Shown: positions 1 through 13,630, counted from the first letter of the whole stretch. The stretch is DNA of 63,377 nt, filler included, from Octopus bimaculoides (GCF_001194135.2; 6 parts of 6 records of this genome joined end to end with filler, not necessarily neighbours in it), one strand, 5' to 3'. The notes: generated from the letters alone by a model not told the origin. Numbers and translations: made by a program.

Positions 1-235
1 GTTTGTGTTTGCCACCTTGGAATCCTCTGTTTAGTGGGTCGATCCACTACTCAGGAAGAGACTATTCTAGAGTACGTTCTGCCTTATCTTCGAAACGTCT
101 AGTTAGAATAGAGGCAGCTGACGAAGGATTAACTCCAAGTGGCTATCTGTTTTCCAATGTGTTCGTTCCGTTGTCTGTAGTTCATTGTTTTAACGTCCTG
201 TACCCTGATATGCATCTATATACACATGTAGATGT
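1..235 (+). mobile_element. Penelope-like terminal-repeat fragment with degenerate hammerhead remnant
   Basis: CTGACGA-A-GGA-ttaac-TCC at 118-136 lacks the following GAAAC; CGAAACGTC at about 91-99; abuts a (TA)-rich tract. Confidence 0.3.
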
Positions 236-324
236 AAGTATGTACATATATGTGTGTATACATGCAGATATATTCTTTGTATTATATATATATATATATA
301 TATGTATGTATCCTTTTTAAAAAT

Positions 325-687
325 CTTTTTATCTGTTTCAGTCATTAGACTGCGGCCAAGCTAGGGCACTTCTTTCAAGAACTTTTACAATTACTATTTT
401 TTTTCAGCTTGGTACTGATTCTATCAGTACCTTTTTACCGAAGCGCTAAGTTGCAGGTACGTGAACAAACCAACACCAGTTGTCAGGTGGTCGTGGGGGA
501 CGAATACAGACGCAAAGACACGCGCGTGCACGCACACACATATACTCACACACACATACTCACACACCCACGTCTACCAAATCCACTCATAAGGCTTTGA
601 TCGGCCCGAGGCTACAGTAGAAGACACATGCAATGAGAATGTACCCAGAATCATGTGGTTGGGAAACAAGTTTCTTACCACAGACCC
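325..687 (-). mobile_element. SINE family B, diverged copy
   Basis: Reverse complement aligns by eye with copies at 18298-18686 and 45487-45890 (head, internal microsatellite, cagtc-aatgactgaaaca 3' end). Confidence 0.8.
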
Positions 688-2145
688 GCTTATGCCTATA
701 TGTATGTACATACATTTAGATACATGCACCCACACACACGTATGTGTGTGTGTGTTATATATATATAAATATATGTATGTGTAAATATGCACACATTTAT
801 GCACATACGCTGACATACACACATTTATGAGTGCGTATGCGTATGTGTTATATGGTATCATTGCACCTATATATGTTTGAATGCTTACATTTAAGCCACG
901 AAAGGGCAAAGCAATGGTTTTTTTGTCAAGGAACAGTCATCCATCAAACTTTCAAACGCACACTGGGAATTTAAAATTTCTTATGAAAAACAGTTTAAAA
1001 TGCTGTTTGTAATCGTAGACAACAAGCTTGTGCGAGCACATCGTATTTCCACTGTATGTAACAGCGTCTCAGAGATTTGGAGGGTTATACGAAATCACAA
1101 ACGCGCTGGAAGCTGTAAAGCTACCATCTACAAAGAGCAAGTGTGAATGATTACTAAGTTCACCAACACAGTATGGTTGAATGCTTCAGACAACAGTCTC
1201 AATGAGTTCCACTCTGTGAAATAGGGAGTTGTCGTACAGCAGTTTATACATCTGAAGCATACCCTTAACCAGACATGGAAAACCTTTGTTTGAGAAGTGG
1301 GCGGCAAGAGACATGGCTCTGAATCAGGCGGGCCGCACCACCTTCAATTTTTCATTGGTGTGCTATTTAGAAAGTCTTATGAACCGCAGTTTGACCATGG
1401 CTACCTTAAACCATGCTGGCACAAGCGATATCTACGTGGTTGCGTTTTCTGTTACAAATAGCAGACAAATAATCCTAAAACCATGCACAATCATTTTAGA
1501 AAGGGAAGTCGACATTGAATAATTAGCTAGATTTTGTATGAGAAATGGATAAACTTATTTCCCCAATGATTTAATTGTAACGAGGTCTGCCCAAATATGG
1601 CTGGCCTGGAGCTAAGTAACAACATCAATGTGAACAATAGTAACAATACCAACTACACAGCACACTGTAAGACACCCAAAAGCAACTAGTCAGAATACAA
1701 TTATAGGCTGTCATAAGTGACGTCATATTGTAATTGTGTCAGGACTCAACATATTTACTTCACCTGACTTCGCCCGGTGTCTACGTCCATGATATTTAAC
1801 GTAACCGTGGATCGAACCCCAGTAAAATTCCTCTCCATGGTAGAAAGCCAGCTAATGTTTTTACAGAAGATTTAAAGCTACCCATGCACGAAGCCAACCA
1901 GATCTAAGATCACCTACGATAGAAAGCATTCCAGCCGAGATGATTCTGATTGTTCTTTTAGGTGATGGAAGTCAATTTGTGACCGAGTAAGACCACTTCC
2001 AAAGCTAAGTAAGTTGATGTAATTATTCCAGGAAGTTCCTGTGCGTGAATTTGTTTTGAGTGGATAAAGTGTTGCACAGCTCTGACCCCACTTTTCAGTG
2101 CAATCAATCATAACATCAGTAACACAACAGAGGTTGAAACGACTT

Positions 2146-2286
2146 AAGGCGGCGAAGCTGGCAGAAACGTTAGCGCGCCGGGAGAAATGCTTAGCGGTAT
2201 TTCGTCTGCTTTTACGTTCAGAGTTCAAATTTCGCCGAGGTCGACTTCACCTTTCATCCTTTCGAGGTCAATAAATTAAAACCAAT
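2146..2286 (+). mobile_element. SINE family C (tRNA-like head plus CORE-like body)
   Basis: aaggcggcgaagctggcagaaacgttagc...gagttcaaatttcgccgaggtcgac...cctttcatcctttcg; A-box-like and B-box-like motifs; more than 10 copies in the window. Confidence 0.85.
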
Positions 2287-2334
2287 AGGTTTATATGCGA
2301 GCTTATCTAATTCTAGAAGGAAGATCTAACGAGA

Positions 2335-2527
2335 ATTAGGGGTTCTTCACTCCCAGTGGTTCTCATGCTAGTTAACTCATAGTTGGAGCCCTAACAGGTG
2401 ATTCTACTCCGTGTCAGAGTAGAGCCAGAAGCAATATTGGATAAGAGTTGGTTTCACACATCTCAAAACCCCTGGTACTCTAATAATAGGGCCCCACTAA
2501 CGGATGTAGCTTAAAGTCATACTCATG
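2335..2527. repeat. Interspersed repeat family G
   Basis: Shares tgctagttaac, gtgtcagagtaga and taaagtcatac in the same order with 36330-36575. Confidence 0.5.
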
Positions 2528-2956
2528 GTATTTCACTTATAGGTAATATACAATTATATTATGATGTCATTTTCCCTACTTTTTTAATACGGTAGCGCAT
2601 GATTTAAAAGACATTCGGTAATTATTTGTAGCTCATCGATCGGCCATATGGAGGCCTCCTTCTTAGCTCTTCCACCCCACCAAAATATTCCATGCAGGAA
2701 TCGACTTACAGATGTTCCCAAGCTAAACATAAACTGCGTTGATCTCACCAGTCTCAGAGGGCAAAGGAAGGTCACGTGCACAGTTCCTTCCAACTGGCTG
2801 AGCTATAAAATAGCGTGATTATTGTGATTGCATGTTGGTCAATTTGACCACAGTAAAGCAATTAATATGTACAATTGCAAAACCCACCATAGACAGGCAC
2901 ACGCAGCACATACATGCATTGATATATAGCATCAATATGTACAAGCAAACGAAAGG

Positions 2957-3073
<117 letters not shown>

Positions 3074-3374
3074 TACGTATATACACACGTTCATATACAA
3101 GTTCATATGTATATACATATACGTACATAGTTACGTACACTCATATTCATGTTCCTACGAACGTACATGTATGCGTGCAGGCATACATACATACATACAT
3201 ACATACATACCGCGCACGCATTCACGCAAGCAAACATGCGCATAGTAACACGTATTCCAACTCATTTGTAGCCAGAGATCGGCTGGACATCGATCATACT
3301 TGTAGGTTATTCAATATTTTATTTATGGAATATTTCAGATGAGATGCCGAGAACTTGGGTAATTATGGAGGAAC

Positions 3375-3770
3375 GAGATAGAGAGAGAGAGAAAGAGAGA
3401 GAGAAAGGGGGGGGGAGAGAGAGATAGAGAGAGGAGAGGGTAAAGGGTAGCATAATCTCAGCTGTCGGTGGTTGCAGTTGCGATACGTATGAATTAATAA
3501 ACCCGATGGTGGTCTTGGCAAAACTAATGATGACGACGACGACGGCGACGATGATGATGATGATGATGTGGGTGAATAACGATGGTAATAATGACGCTGA
3601 AGATGATAATGATGATGATGGGAAGTGATGATGGTGATGATGACGACGTAAATTGCGATGACGGTAGAGACGAAAATTGTGATTATACTGATAATTACAA
3701 TGCTGCAAGTAATAATGTTGATGAGTTTGACAGTAAAATATGACGACAACAACAACAACAATAACATTGA
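3375..3770. repeat. (GA)n followed by degenerate (GAT/GAC)n
   Basis: Direct reading; explains the poly-His/Ser ORFs. Confidence 0.9.
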
Positions 3771-4123
3771 CAGCATTCTCTCAATGTGACTGCCTTCATT
3801 CGCACATTCTGATTGCTAGAAATAGCTACCGAATCTACCTGAAATGAAAATCTTACTTCTAAAAATGTACATTTAAAAATGTACTGCGTAATGTATTGAA
3901 AGAGGAATTAATGGGTAGAGCGCCTTTCATAATTAGAATCATGGCTAATTTTGGTCTAAGCAACAAAAAGTAGATCAGTCAAAAAGAGTATTCTGCTAAA
4001 GATGGAATTAAGCAGAAAAGGTATAATATGTATGAAACATGCTCAGTGTTGTTACTGTTCTATCTCGTTCACCCCCATTTGTATGGCCCAAATTCATAAT
4101 TTGAATTATTTCAAATTTGTATC

Positions 4124-4231
<108 letters not shown>

Positions 4232-4993
4232 TGCAGGAGTAGCTGTGTAGTCAGTAGTAAGATCAAGCTGGAGAAGAGGTATCTGTCACGAGACAGATTC
4301 ATGANNNNNNNNNNNNNNNNNNNNNNNNNNNNNNNNNNNNNNNNNNNNNNNNNNNNNNNNNNNNNNNNNNNNNNNNNNNNNNNNNNNNNNNNNNNNNNNN
4401 NNNNNNNNNNNNNNNNNNNNNNNNNNNNNNNNNNNNNNNNNNNNNNNNNNNNNNNNNNNNNNNNNNNNNNNNNNNNNNNNNNNNNNNNNNNNNNNNNNNN
4501 NNNNNNNNNNNNNNNNNNNNNNNNNNNNNNNNNNNNNNNNNNNNNNNNNNNNNNNNNNNNNNNNNNNNNNNNNNNNNNNNNNNNNNNNNNNNNNNNNNNN
4601 NNNNNNNNNNNNNNNNNNNNNNNNNNNNNNNNNNNNNNNNNNNNNNNNNNNNNNNNNNNNNNNNNNNNNNNNNNNNNNNNNNNNNNNNNNNNNNNNNNNN
4701 NNNNNNNNNNNNNNNNNNNNNNNNNNNNNNNNNNNNNNNNNNNNNNNNNNNNNNNNNNNNNNNNNNNNNNNNNNNNNNNNNNNNNNNNNNNNNNNNNNNN
4801 NNNNNNNNNNNNNNNNNNNNNNNNNNNNNNNNNNNNNNNNNNNNNNNNNNNNNNNNNNNNNNNNNNNNNNNNNNNNNNNNNNNNNNNNNNNNNNNNNNNN
4901 NNNNNNNNNNNNNNNNNNNNNNNNNNNNNNNNNNNNNNNNNNNNNNNNNNNNNNNNNNNNNNNNNNNNNNNNNNNNNNNNNNNNNNNNNNNNN

Positions 4994-5205
4994 TGTGTCT
5001 GTGTTTGTCCCCAATCAATGTTTGACAACCCAATGTTAGTGTGTTTACGTCCCCGTAACTTAGCGGTTCGGAAAAATAGACCGACAGAATAAGTACTAGG
5101 CTAACAAAAATAAGTCCTGGGGTCGATTTGTTCGACTAAAAGCAATGCTCCAGCATGGCCGCAGTCAAATGACTGAAACAAGTAAAAGAATAAAGGAATA
5201 AAAGA
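4994..5205 (+). mobile_element. SINE family B, 3' half after gap
   Basis: tgtttacgtccccgtaacttagcggttcgg...gcagtcaaatgactgaaacaagtaaaagaataaa matches 18530-18686. Confidence 0.9.
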
Positions 5206-5524
5206 ATATATATAATCGTTAAAGGCATGATATTGTCAGAATTTCTTCTGTTTTTGAGTTCAAATTTCGCCGAGGCCGACTTTGACGTACAGATTATTTA
5301 ATAAATGTTTTGTTTTTTAACTTAGCGAACGTCCGATACTGATAGAATGTGTCACTTAGAACAGGGTTTACACTTAACGTTTTTGACAAAATTTTGTATT
5401 TTAGAAGTTATTTCGTCAGAAGTTACAGAGTGACAATGGACAAATTCGTGTTTGATAAGTGCCAATACAAGAAGCTCTCAGCTTTTGACTAACTCTCTAA
5501 CTTCTGCTGATGATATATATACAT

Positions 5525-5765
5525 ATTACATATATGTAATCTCATCACACAATCGAGCCAATGAAAGAGCCTCTACCTGGTTGCTCAACACGCTAAAAAT
5601 AGCAGCCAAAGTATCCCCCTACCTAAATCACACGCCCATTGTCTTAATGTCCTAGATNNNNNNNNNNTCCTAGATTATCCCTAAAAAGACAGTTTTCTGA
5701 AGGCTGGAATGTCTTTGCTGATAGGTTTGCAGTATCAGGGTTGATTTGAGGCTAAATAACAACAA
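5525..5765 (-). repeat. Interspersed repeat family H (SINE-like)
   Basis: Related degenerate segments at 1885-1965, 2580-2660 and 34395-34600 (cattccagcc motif; ggctgctatttctagc-like motif). Confidence 0.4.
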
Positions 5766-6254
5766 TATTATGGTAAATTTCTATATTAACACCCGCACAA
5801 TTTTCACTAAGAAAAAAATAAACAAAAAAATTTGATTTTATGCCTGGAATCAAGTACCCAGACCTCCTAATATGCTGCAAATCCCTTATTTTGATTCGGA
5901 AAAAATTAGGTCCCCCCTCAAATCTCGGAACCATTGGAAATTTTTTTTCTCGTTGAATCAATTCCTGTGACCTCTTAATATTGCAAAATTAGATTACTTA
6001 AGGTGAGCCTGGCAACTAATGATTTTGGGGTCTAGTTGATTGTAACTTTTGGTGAACCGTGGTGCAACAAACAACATGGTAAAAATCCTTGCCATTAATT
6101 TGGTGTGGATGGGTAATATCAAATAATTCAATCACCATGACTTACATGTAAAAATTGAAATATTATCATTCAGTATTTTATAAGGCAAAATCTTAAATTA
6201 TTAATTGACACATTATTAATTATCTTATAACAGCAATTCCTGGAAAAACCTTGG

Positions 6255-6769
6255 ATTACATGGAAAAATGCGAGCATGAAAAGTAATTTTCGTAAGATCA
6301 TAAACCTGGAAAAGTACAGGACAAGTTATTACGCCTGTAAAAGTATAGGACAAGCTATTACTTGTAGTAAAGTAAAGAATAAGAAACTTTTAAAAATATT
6401 GCAGCTAAAATTAAAATTTGAATATTAAAACTTATTTTATTATAGCTTACAAATTGTACTATACTTATTTAAGTAGAATTTGGCTAATTTCCTACCTTAA
6501 ATACAGAAAAAACTGACCGATTAGACAAACTTACAAATTACCTGAACAGTCTTGTACAATAAATTTAAAACATGAGAACTGTAAAGAGTGATAAATTAGA
6601 AGAATTGCATTCTTTGCTGCAATATTTTAAGTAAAAAGTCTCTTATTCTTTACTTTACTAGTAGTAATAGCTTGTCCTATAGTTTACAGGTGTAATAATT
6701 TGTCTTGTACTTTTCTAGGTTTATAGTCTTAAGAATATTACTTTTCATGCTCGCATTTTTCCATGTAAT
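6255..6769. mobile_element. MITE/foldback element with about 155-bp imperfect TIRs
   Basis: attacatggaaaaatgcgagcatgaaaagtaat...aatattgcagc (6255-6405) is the reverse complement of about 6615-6769. Confidence 0.9.
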
Positions 6770-7064
6770 AATATGTTGACGTGAGAAATCGATAATATTA
6801 GTCATCCGCTAAAATATTTATAATTGATAGCACACATTTACATATATTTCACGAGACTTTGTGTTTTCATCCAAAATATGAACAAAAACCATTCCTACAA
6901 GTCATCAGCTTGAAAAATTGTTGAGATATTAAGATATTTTAAAAAATATAAAACCAGTGGTAGCTTTAATACACAAAGAAAGAAATTCTATCCATCAATG
7001 CGGTGTTGAGCACTCATTTTCGTCGTTCGAGATTTATGTATGTATATATATATATACACACACA

Positions 7065-7165
<101 letters not shown>

Positions 7166-7392
7166 ACATACATGCGCACATACAACTCTACCCCTACATA
7201 CTTAGGCACACTTGAACTTAGCTGGGAATAAATTCATCAAAGGGACTGCACGTAAATTTATAAACAAATATTGAGGAAAGGCGATATAAGCCTCTGGTAG
7301 GGGAAAACACTGAAAGAAAGATTCGATGTGCCATAGTTTACGAAATCTAAGAGTAGTGCTTTACACACACACATGTATCACACATACACACA

Positions 7393-7445
<53 letters not shown>

Positions 7446-7929
7446 ACACACGGGCACACATATATTGTTTCATTAATCTTCAAACATGAATGAGTATCAA
7501 TGTGCATGTCTCCCCTTTCTCTCTGTCACTCACGTGTGTGTGTGTGTATGTATGTGTGTGTATGTGTGTGTATGTGTGTGTGTGTGTGTGTATGTGTGTA
7601 AATGCATGACTGTATGTGTATTATGAACATATAGATTTCATCGTTTTGCTAGTACGTCTGAAAAATTACTTATCATTTTTCACATAATACATATGAAATT
7701 TATAGTACATTAGAAATAAGCAGGATTGTGTAATATATGTATTTAGTTACCTACTTTATGCCTAAATATAAACAATCTGATTTGCTTTTAGGCTGTGTTT
7801 TTCTTTCACAATCTAGAATAGCTTTTAAAATATTTTGATTTAAGTAGTAAATACTCAGGAATTGGTAAATAGCTCCTGCTAAAAAAAAGATATTATTTCC
7901 TAATGTCTTATGAATTCTTTTTTGCTATA

Positions 7930-8461
7930 AGGCAGAAGGCCTGAAATATTTTGAGCAAGATGCTACTTTATTGCGGAGGCGCAATGGCCCAGTGGCTAGG
8001 GCAGCGGACTCGTGGTCAGAGAATCGCGGTTTCGATTCCCAGACCGGGCGTTGTGTGCGTTTATTGAGCGAAACACCTAAGCTCCACGAGACTCCGGCAA
8101 GGGGTGGTGGCGACCCCTGTTTTGCTCTTTCGCCCCAACTTTCTCTCAATCTTTCTTCCTGTTTCTTGAGTAACGCTGCGATGGACTGGCGTTCCGTCCA
8201 GCTGGGGGGAGGGGACACATACGCCATAGAAACCGGGAAACCGGGCCCATGAGCCTGAAAAGGCTTTGAAAGGGCGAAACGAAAAAAAACCTACTTTATT
8301 AAATCTGCCCCAGTGCTCGACTGGTACTTCTCTCGTCAACCCCGAAGGGATGAAAGGAAATGTCGACCTCGGTAGAATTTGAATTCATAGCGTAAAGACG
8401 AACAAAATGACCTTAAATATTTTCCTCAACGCAATAACAATTCTTCCAGTTCGCCGCCTTA
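7930..8461 (-). mobile_element. SINE family C split by an A1 insertion
   Basis: C tail at 7930-7962 and C body/head at 8301-8461 are separated by a TSD-flanked A1 copy. Confidence 0.75.
7973..8290 (+). mobile_element. SINE A1 (tRNA-derived head, Meta-like 3' domain), full length
   Basis: A-box tggcccagtgg, B-box gtttcgattcc, A-rich tail; perfect 10-bp TSD ctactttatt at 7963-7972 and 8291-8300. Confidence 0.92.
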
Positions 8462-8534
8462 ACGACAATCCTTTTTGCCAAAGGCACAAGGCCTAAAGTT
8501 TTGTGGGGATGGGGTAGTTGATATCATCGTCTCC

Positions 8535-8810
8535 AGTATGAAGTCTTGCGTTGTCTTGCTGCAGAAGAGCTCGCTTTCTGTTAACCAATGCGGGGTATTT
8601 TTGCTGCACAATGACATCCACCCACTCCAGCTGTTCAGAGTACAGGTGGGGATCGGTGGTTCAACCGTCCGGAACGAAGTCGTAGTGAATTATTCCTTCA
8701 TAATTCCACCTGACGCAGAGTATCATCTTGTGTTCGAAACGCTCATGTTTGGCGACAAGTTCTGGAAGTTGGACCTTGCTTAACCATTGCTTATGTACGT
8801 CAGGATTATT
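8535..8810 (-). mobile_element. mariner transposase fragment (catalytic domain, one stop)
   Basis: Translation NPDVHKQWL...KMILCVRWNYEGIIHYDFVPDG*TTDPHLYSEQLE...YPALVNRKRALLQQDNARLHT; mariner-type (H/Q)DNARPH motif; third acidic residue not present. Confidence 0.9.
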
Positions 8811-9141
8811 CTTTTACTCTTTACTCTTTTCTTTACTCTTTTACTCTTTACTCTTTTACTCTTTACTCTTTTACTCTTTACTTGTTTCAGTCATTTGACT
8901 GTAGCCATACTAGAGCACCACCTTTAGTCGAGCAATTCGACCCCAGGACTTATTCTTTGTAAGCCTAGTACTTATTCTATCGGTCTCTTTTGCCGAACCG
9001 CTAAGTTACGGGTACGTAAACATACCAGCATCGGTTGTCAAGCGATGTTGGGGGACAAACACAGACACACAAACATATACACATACACACACACACATAT
9101 ATATATATATATACATATATACGACGGGCTTCTTTCAGTTC
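8811..9141 (-). mobile_element. SINE family B, 5'-truncated, with expanded (GAGTAAAA)n tail
   Basis: Near-identical to 18420-18686 in reverse; tail array at 8811-8880. Confidence 0.92.
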
Positions 9142-9671
9142 TTGGCTCTAAGGGTAGCGCGAAAGGCCTGGTTGCAGGCCCAACCTTCCGCGTTCTTTTA
9201 CAGGCCTAAGAAACACAGAAGGATCACCGCAAGTGTGTGAATCTGGGAGGGGCATGTGTTCAATAAAACCGTAATTAACTGATCCTCCTGTATTTTCTTT
9301 TACGCAAAGCCAGGAACTTTTCAGCACCCCTTTCTATATACCACCGCTTATCCCATATACACATGAGTGTGTGTGTATGTGTGTGTGTGTGCGTGCGTGT
9401 GTGGGTGCGTGGGTGCGTGTGCGTTGTGTAAATCATTAGCTAAAAATGAGAGAATGAATGCAACTTCGGTTTCGACCCAAAGGGAATACACTGGCGGGTG
9501 AATTCGCAGGGGTCAGTTTACGCAAGGTAATCGGAGCCAAAGTTTGTAAAAGAGGTAGGGCTTCTCATCACTATATCATGGGTTGTTCATATTTCTTTCA
9601 TGCAGGAAATCAGGAAATTTGTGAACCCGTATTACCGCGCAATCCGTTTTGCTTTTATGTATTTCAAGAAG

Positions 9672-10048
9672 GTGGAGACGCAATGGCCCAGTGGTTAGGG
9701 CAGCGGACTCGCGGTCGTAGGATCGCGGTTTCGATTCCCAGACCGGGCGTTGTGAGTGTTTATTGAGCGAAAACACCTAAAAAGCTCCACGAGGCTCCAG
9801 CAGGGGATGGTGGCGAACCTTGCTGTACTCTTTCACCACAACTTTCTCTCACTCTTACTTCCTGTTTCTGTTGTGCCTGTAATTCAAAAGGGTCAGCCTT
9901 GTCACACTGTGTCATGCTGAATATCCCCAAGAACTACATCAAGGATACGCCTGTTTGTGGAGTGCTCAGCCCGTTAATTTCACGAGCAGGCTGTTCTGTT
10001 GATAGGATCAACTGGAACCCTCGACGTCGTAAGCGACGGAGTGCCGAC
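9672..10048 (+). mobile_element. SINE A2 (same head as A1, different 3' half), full length
   Basis: Perfect 11-bp TSD atttcaagaag at 9661-9671 and 10049-10059; homologous to 41027-41362 and 57897-58283. Confidence 0.92.
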
Positions 10049-10124
10049 ATTTCAAGAAGACATTTTTGAAACGCTTTTACCCAACATATGCCGTATGAAT
10101 CTAAGCTGGTAAAATTGTTAAAAA

Positions 10125-10290
10125 CTCGAAAAAAAGTACTTTGCTGTATTTGTCCGACGACGTTCTAAGTTCAAATCGCACTGAGGCACACCTTGCTTTT
10201 CAATCTTTCCAGGGTCAATAAAATAAGGCCTCGAGTATTGGGGTCGATGTAATCGATTATTACCTCCCTCCACACCTCTCCCTCCAGCCA
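10125..10290 (+). mobile_element. SINE family C, degenerate
   Basis: agttcaaatc...ttttcaatctttccagggtcaataaaataag...ggggtcgatgtaatcga. Confidence 0.7.
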
Positions 10291-11347
10291 AAGCGACAAA
10301 GTATTATTCATATTAGGCATTAGAAAAAAAAAAAGAGATCGTAACTAAGAGATTATTTACATATTAATATATTTATAAAAACCCATTATGGTTAAGAAAT
10401 ACGATATTAACAGAATGCATATTTTCAATTTCATATTAAAGAATTGCTCTTTCTTCCCCTCTTCTCCCTCCCTATTTTACTCTTAACTCCTGTCTGTTTC
10501 TCTCTCTTGCAGTTCTCAGAACTGTAGTTCTCAAAATTTTTACGTACCCTCCTATACACACATACACATGCCTACGCAAATATATGGCAATGCAAAGGTG
10601 CAATATACTTACAAACATACATGTGTGTGTGTGTGTGTGTGTATACACACGCACACACACATTAATGCATCTATAAATATATATGCATACAAGTGTATAT
10701 AGGATGTGCATGTGTATGTATGAGCGTATGAATGCATGCTTGTGTATATATAAATATGCATATATATATATATGTAAATATATATATATATTTATTCTAT
10801 GTATGTATGTATGTATGTATGTATGTATGTATGTATGTATGTATGTATCTATCTATCTATCTATCTATCTATCCATCTATCTATCTATCTCTCTCTCTCT
10901 ATATATATATACTTTCATACATATAAATACATATAAATTTAAATATATATGTATACAAGCGCATACAGGAGTAAGTGCATTTGTGTAGGTCTTTATGTGC
11001 GTATGTATGTATGGATATATATACATATATATATATATACATACACGTACACACAGATATATACACATGTGCATATTCATATATACACATGCACACACGT
11101 TATTGTATCAGTGGCATTTCCTGCATCAAGACAATGCATGCAGTGTATGCTTACAGCCTATACATGAATACAAATAACAAATCAGATTTTAATAAAAATC
11201 CTACATATTTTATGAGAGACAGCTGGAAATAGAGGGTAAATAGATACCCCAACCTCTCTCTCACTCTCTCTGTGTATATACATACATACATATACACACG
11301 CACACATTAATAATGCACTGCTTTAAATAACGGGTGTTACCCCCTCG

Positions 11348-11379
<32 letters not shown>

Positions 11380-12139
11380 TGTATGTATGTATGTATGTAT
11401 GTATATGTATGTATGTATGTATGTATGTTTGTATATATATANNNNNNNNNNNNNNNNNNNNNNNNNNNNNNNNNNNNNNNNNNNNNNNNNNNNNNNNNNN
11501 NNNNNNNNNNNNNNNNNNNNNNNNNNNNNNNNNNNNNNNNNNNNNNNNNNNNNNNNNNNNNNNNNNNNNNNNNNNNNNNNNNNNNNNNNNNNNNNNNNNN
11601 NNNNNNNNNNNNNNNNNNNNNNNNNNNNNNNNNNNNNNNNNNNNNNNNNNNNNNNNNNNNNNNNNNNNNNNNNNNNNNNNNNNNNNNNNNNNNNNNNNNN
11701 NNNNNNNNNNNNNNNNNNNNNNNNNNNNNNNNNNNNNNNNNNNNNNNNNNNNNNNNNNNNNNNNNNNNNNNNNNNNNNNNNNNNNNNNNNNNNNNNNNNN
11801 NNNNNNNNNNNNNNNNNNNNNNNNNNNNNNNNNNNNNNNNNNNNNNNNNNNNNNNNNNNNNNNNNNNNNNNNNNNNNNNNNNNNNNNNNNNNNNNNNNNN
11901 NNNNNNNNNNNNNNNNNNNNNNNNNNNNNNNNNNNNNNNNNNNNNNNNNNNNNNNNNNNNNNNNNNNNNNNNNNNNNNNNNNNNNNNNNNNNNNNNNNNN
12001 NNNNNNNNNNNNNNNNNNNNNNNNNNNNNNNNNNNNNNNNNNNNNNNNNNNNNNNNNNNNNNNNNNNNNNNNNNNNNNNNNNNNNNNNNNNNNNNNNNNN
12101 NNNNNNNNNNNNNNNNNNNNNNNNTATATATATATATAT

Positions 12140-13093
12140 GAACAACCTCTGGAGAAATTCCTTAGATTCAGGCCATATACCGAAACAGCTCTTATCCCAG
12201 TCTATCATCCCGGCTTTCAAATCGGGAAACAGATGCTCGAAGTCAACTATCGCATGATCTCACTCACCTCCCATATCATTAATGTGTTTGAAAGGGTGGT
12301 GAGATCAAGGATAGCTGGCTTCCTGGAGAACCGCAATCTCCTAAATTCAAACCAGCATGGCTTTCGCTGCAGCAAGGATTAACACAACTCTTACATCATA
12401 TCGATGATAGTCTTAAGGCCTTGGGACAGGTTCGAACTCTGATGTCATATATCTTGACTCCAGTAAAGCGTTCGACAGAGTCGACCATAATTAAATTAAT
12501 TCTCGTCTACATGCTTTGTGTCAATGGGCAGACAAAAACAAAATGCAATTAAACGACGAAAAATTTGCGCTAGTACATTTTGGAAGAAAGACTATATTAA
12601 AACAGCCATACTCTCTTCACGGGAACGAGTCACAGCATGTAATAATATCAAAGACATAGGAGTTATTTGTTGACAACTATCTCAGCTGGAGTGCCCACAT
12701 CAACAATAAAATCGATATAGCTCGTAGGATAAGCTTTTGGATCCTAAGAACCTTCCGGTCAAGAGAACAAGGTGTCATCATTCCTCTTTTCTCCTCTTTT
12801 CTACGGCCACATCTCGAATACTGCTTCCCCCTGTGGTCTCCCCATACAAATCAAAACATTTCGAAAATTGAAACACACCAGAAGTCATTCACTAAAAGAA
12901 TTAAGGGCATGATTGGTCTCGATTATTGGGATCACCTTAAAGCATTGAAACTCTATACTCTGCAGTGCCGCCGTGAGCGATACATCATTTGCACGATGTG
13001 GGGAATATACCACCAGTATTGCCCAAACGACCTCATCATTAGATTTAAAATTCATCCAAGGCTAGGATCACGGGCCATACGTCCTCTACCCAA
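12140..13093 (+). mobile_element. CR1/L2-group LINE reverse transcriptase fragment, frameshifted and internally deleted
   Basis: NYRMISLTSHIINVFERVVR, NQHGFR, YLDSSKAFDRVDH, WADKNKMQLN, RPHLEYCFPLWSP, YWDHLKALKLYTLQCRRERY; the YADD region is missing. Confidence 0.9.
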
Positions 13094-13528
13094 CATATAT
13101 ATATATATACATATGTATCTATGTACACACACACACACACACACATATGTATGCGTTATTTTTATATATTGTTTATATACACATATTCTTTTATTCATTC
13201 CTTTCAGATATTGGACTGCAGTCATTCTGGAGCATTATTGTGGAAGTTTTAGACGAGCCAATTGCCACAGTACCTATGGTAAGTTTCCGAATTATTCTAT
13301 GGATTTCTTTCGGCGAACTGCCAAGTTATGAGGATGTAAACTAGACAATACCGGTTGCTTAGTGGTGAGAGGGAAAATCTGACACGGACACGCATCTGCG
13401 CACGCACGCTCACAAATGCATATATAAGCATATTATGTGTCTATGCATATACTGTTTGAATGCGCCTCTCACTCCCTCCCACTCTCACTCTCTCTGTCAC
13501 ACACACACACACACACACACACGCACAA

Positions 13529-13630
13529 GGGCTAGTGGTCCATAAACAACCTTGCCTGGATTGTGCCTGGGAAAGGAACTTTCTAGGTGCAATCCCATGG
13601 TTATTCGTATCCGGAAGTGGTCTTTACTCT
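13529..13630 (+). mobile_element. SINE family E, 3' end
   Basis: ccataaacaaccttgcctgga..tgtgcc...aactttctaggtgcaa matches the reverse complement of 50965-51020. Confidence 0.7.

Noticed and set aside
5650-5675. tcctagat duplicated across a 10-N gap
   Set aside because: Typical unmerged contig overlap, not a TSD
7980-8050. tRNA gene-like sequences (also 9672, 47801, 58215-58283)
   Set aside because: They are SINE heads: the acceptor stem is not closed, they continue into shared bodies and are bounded by TSDs
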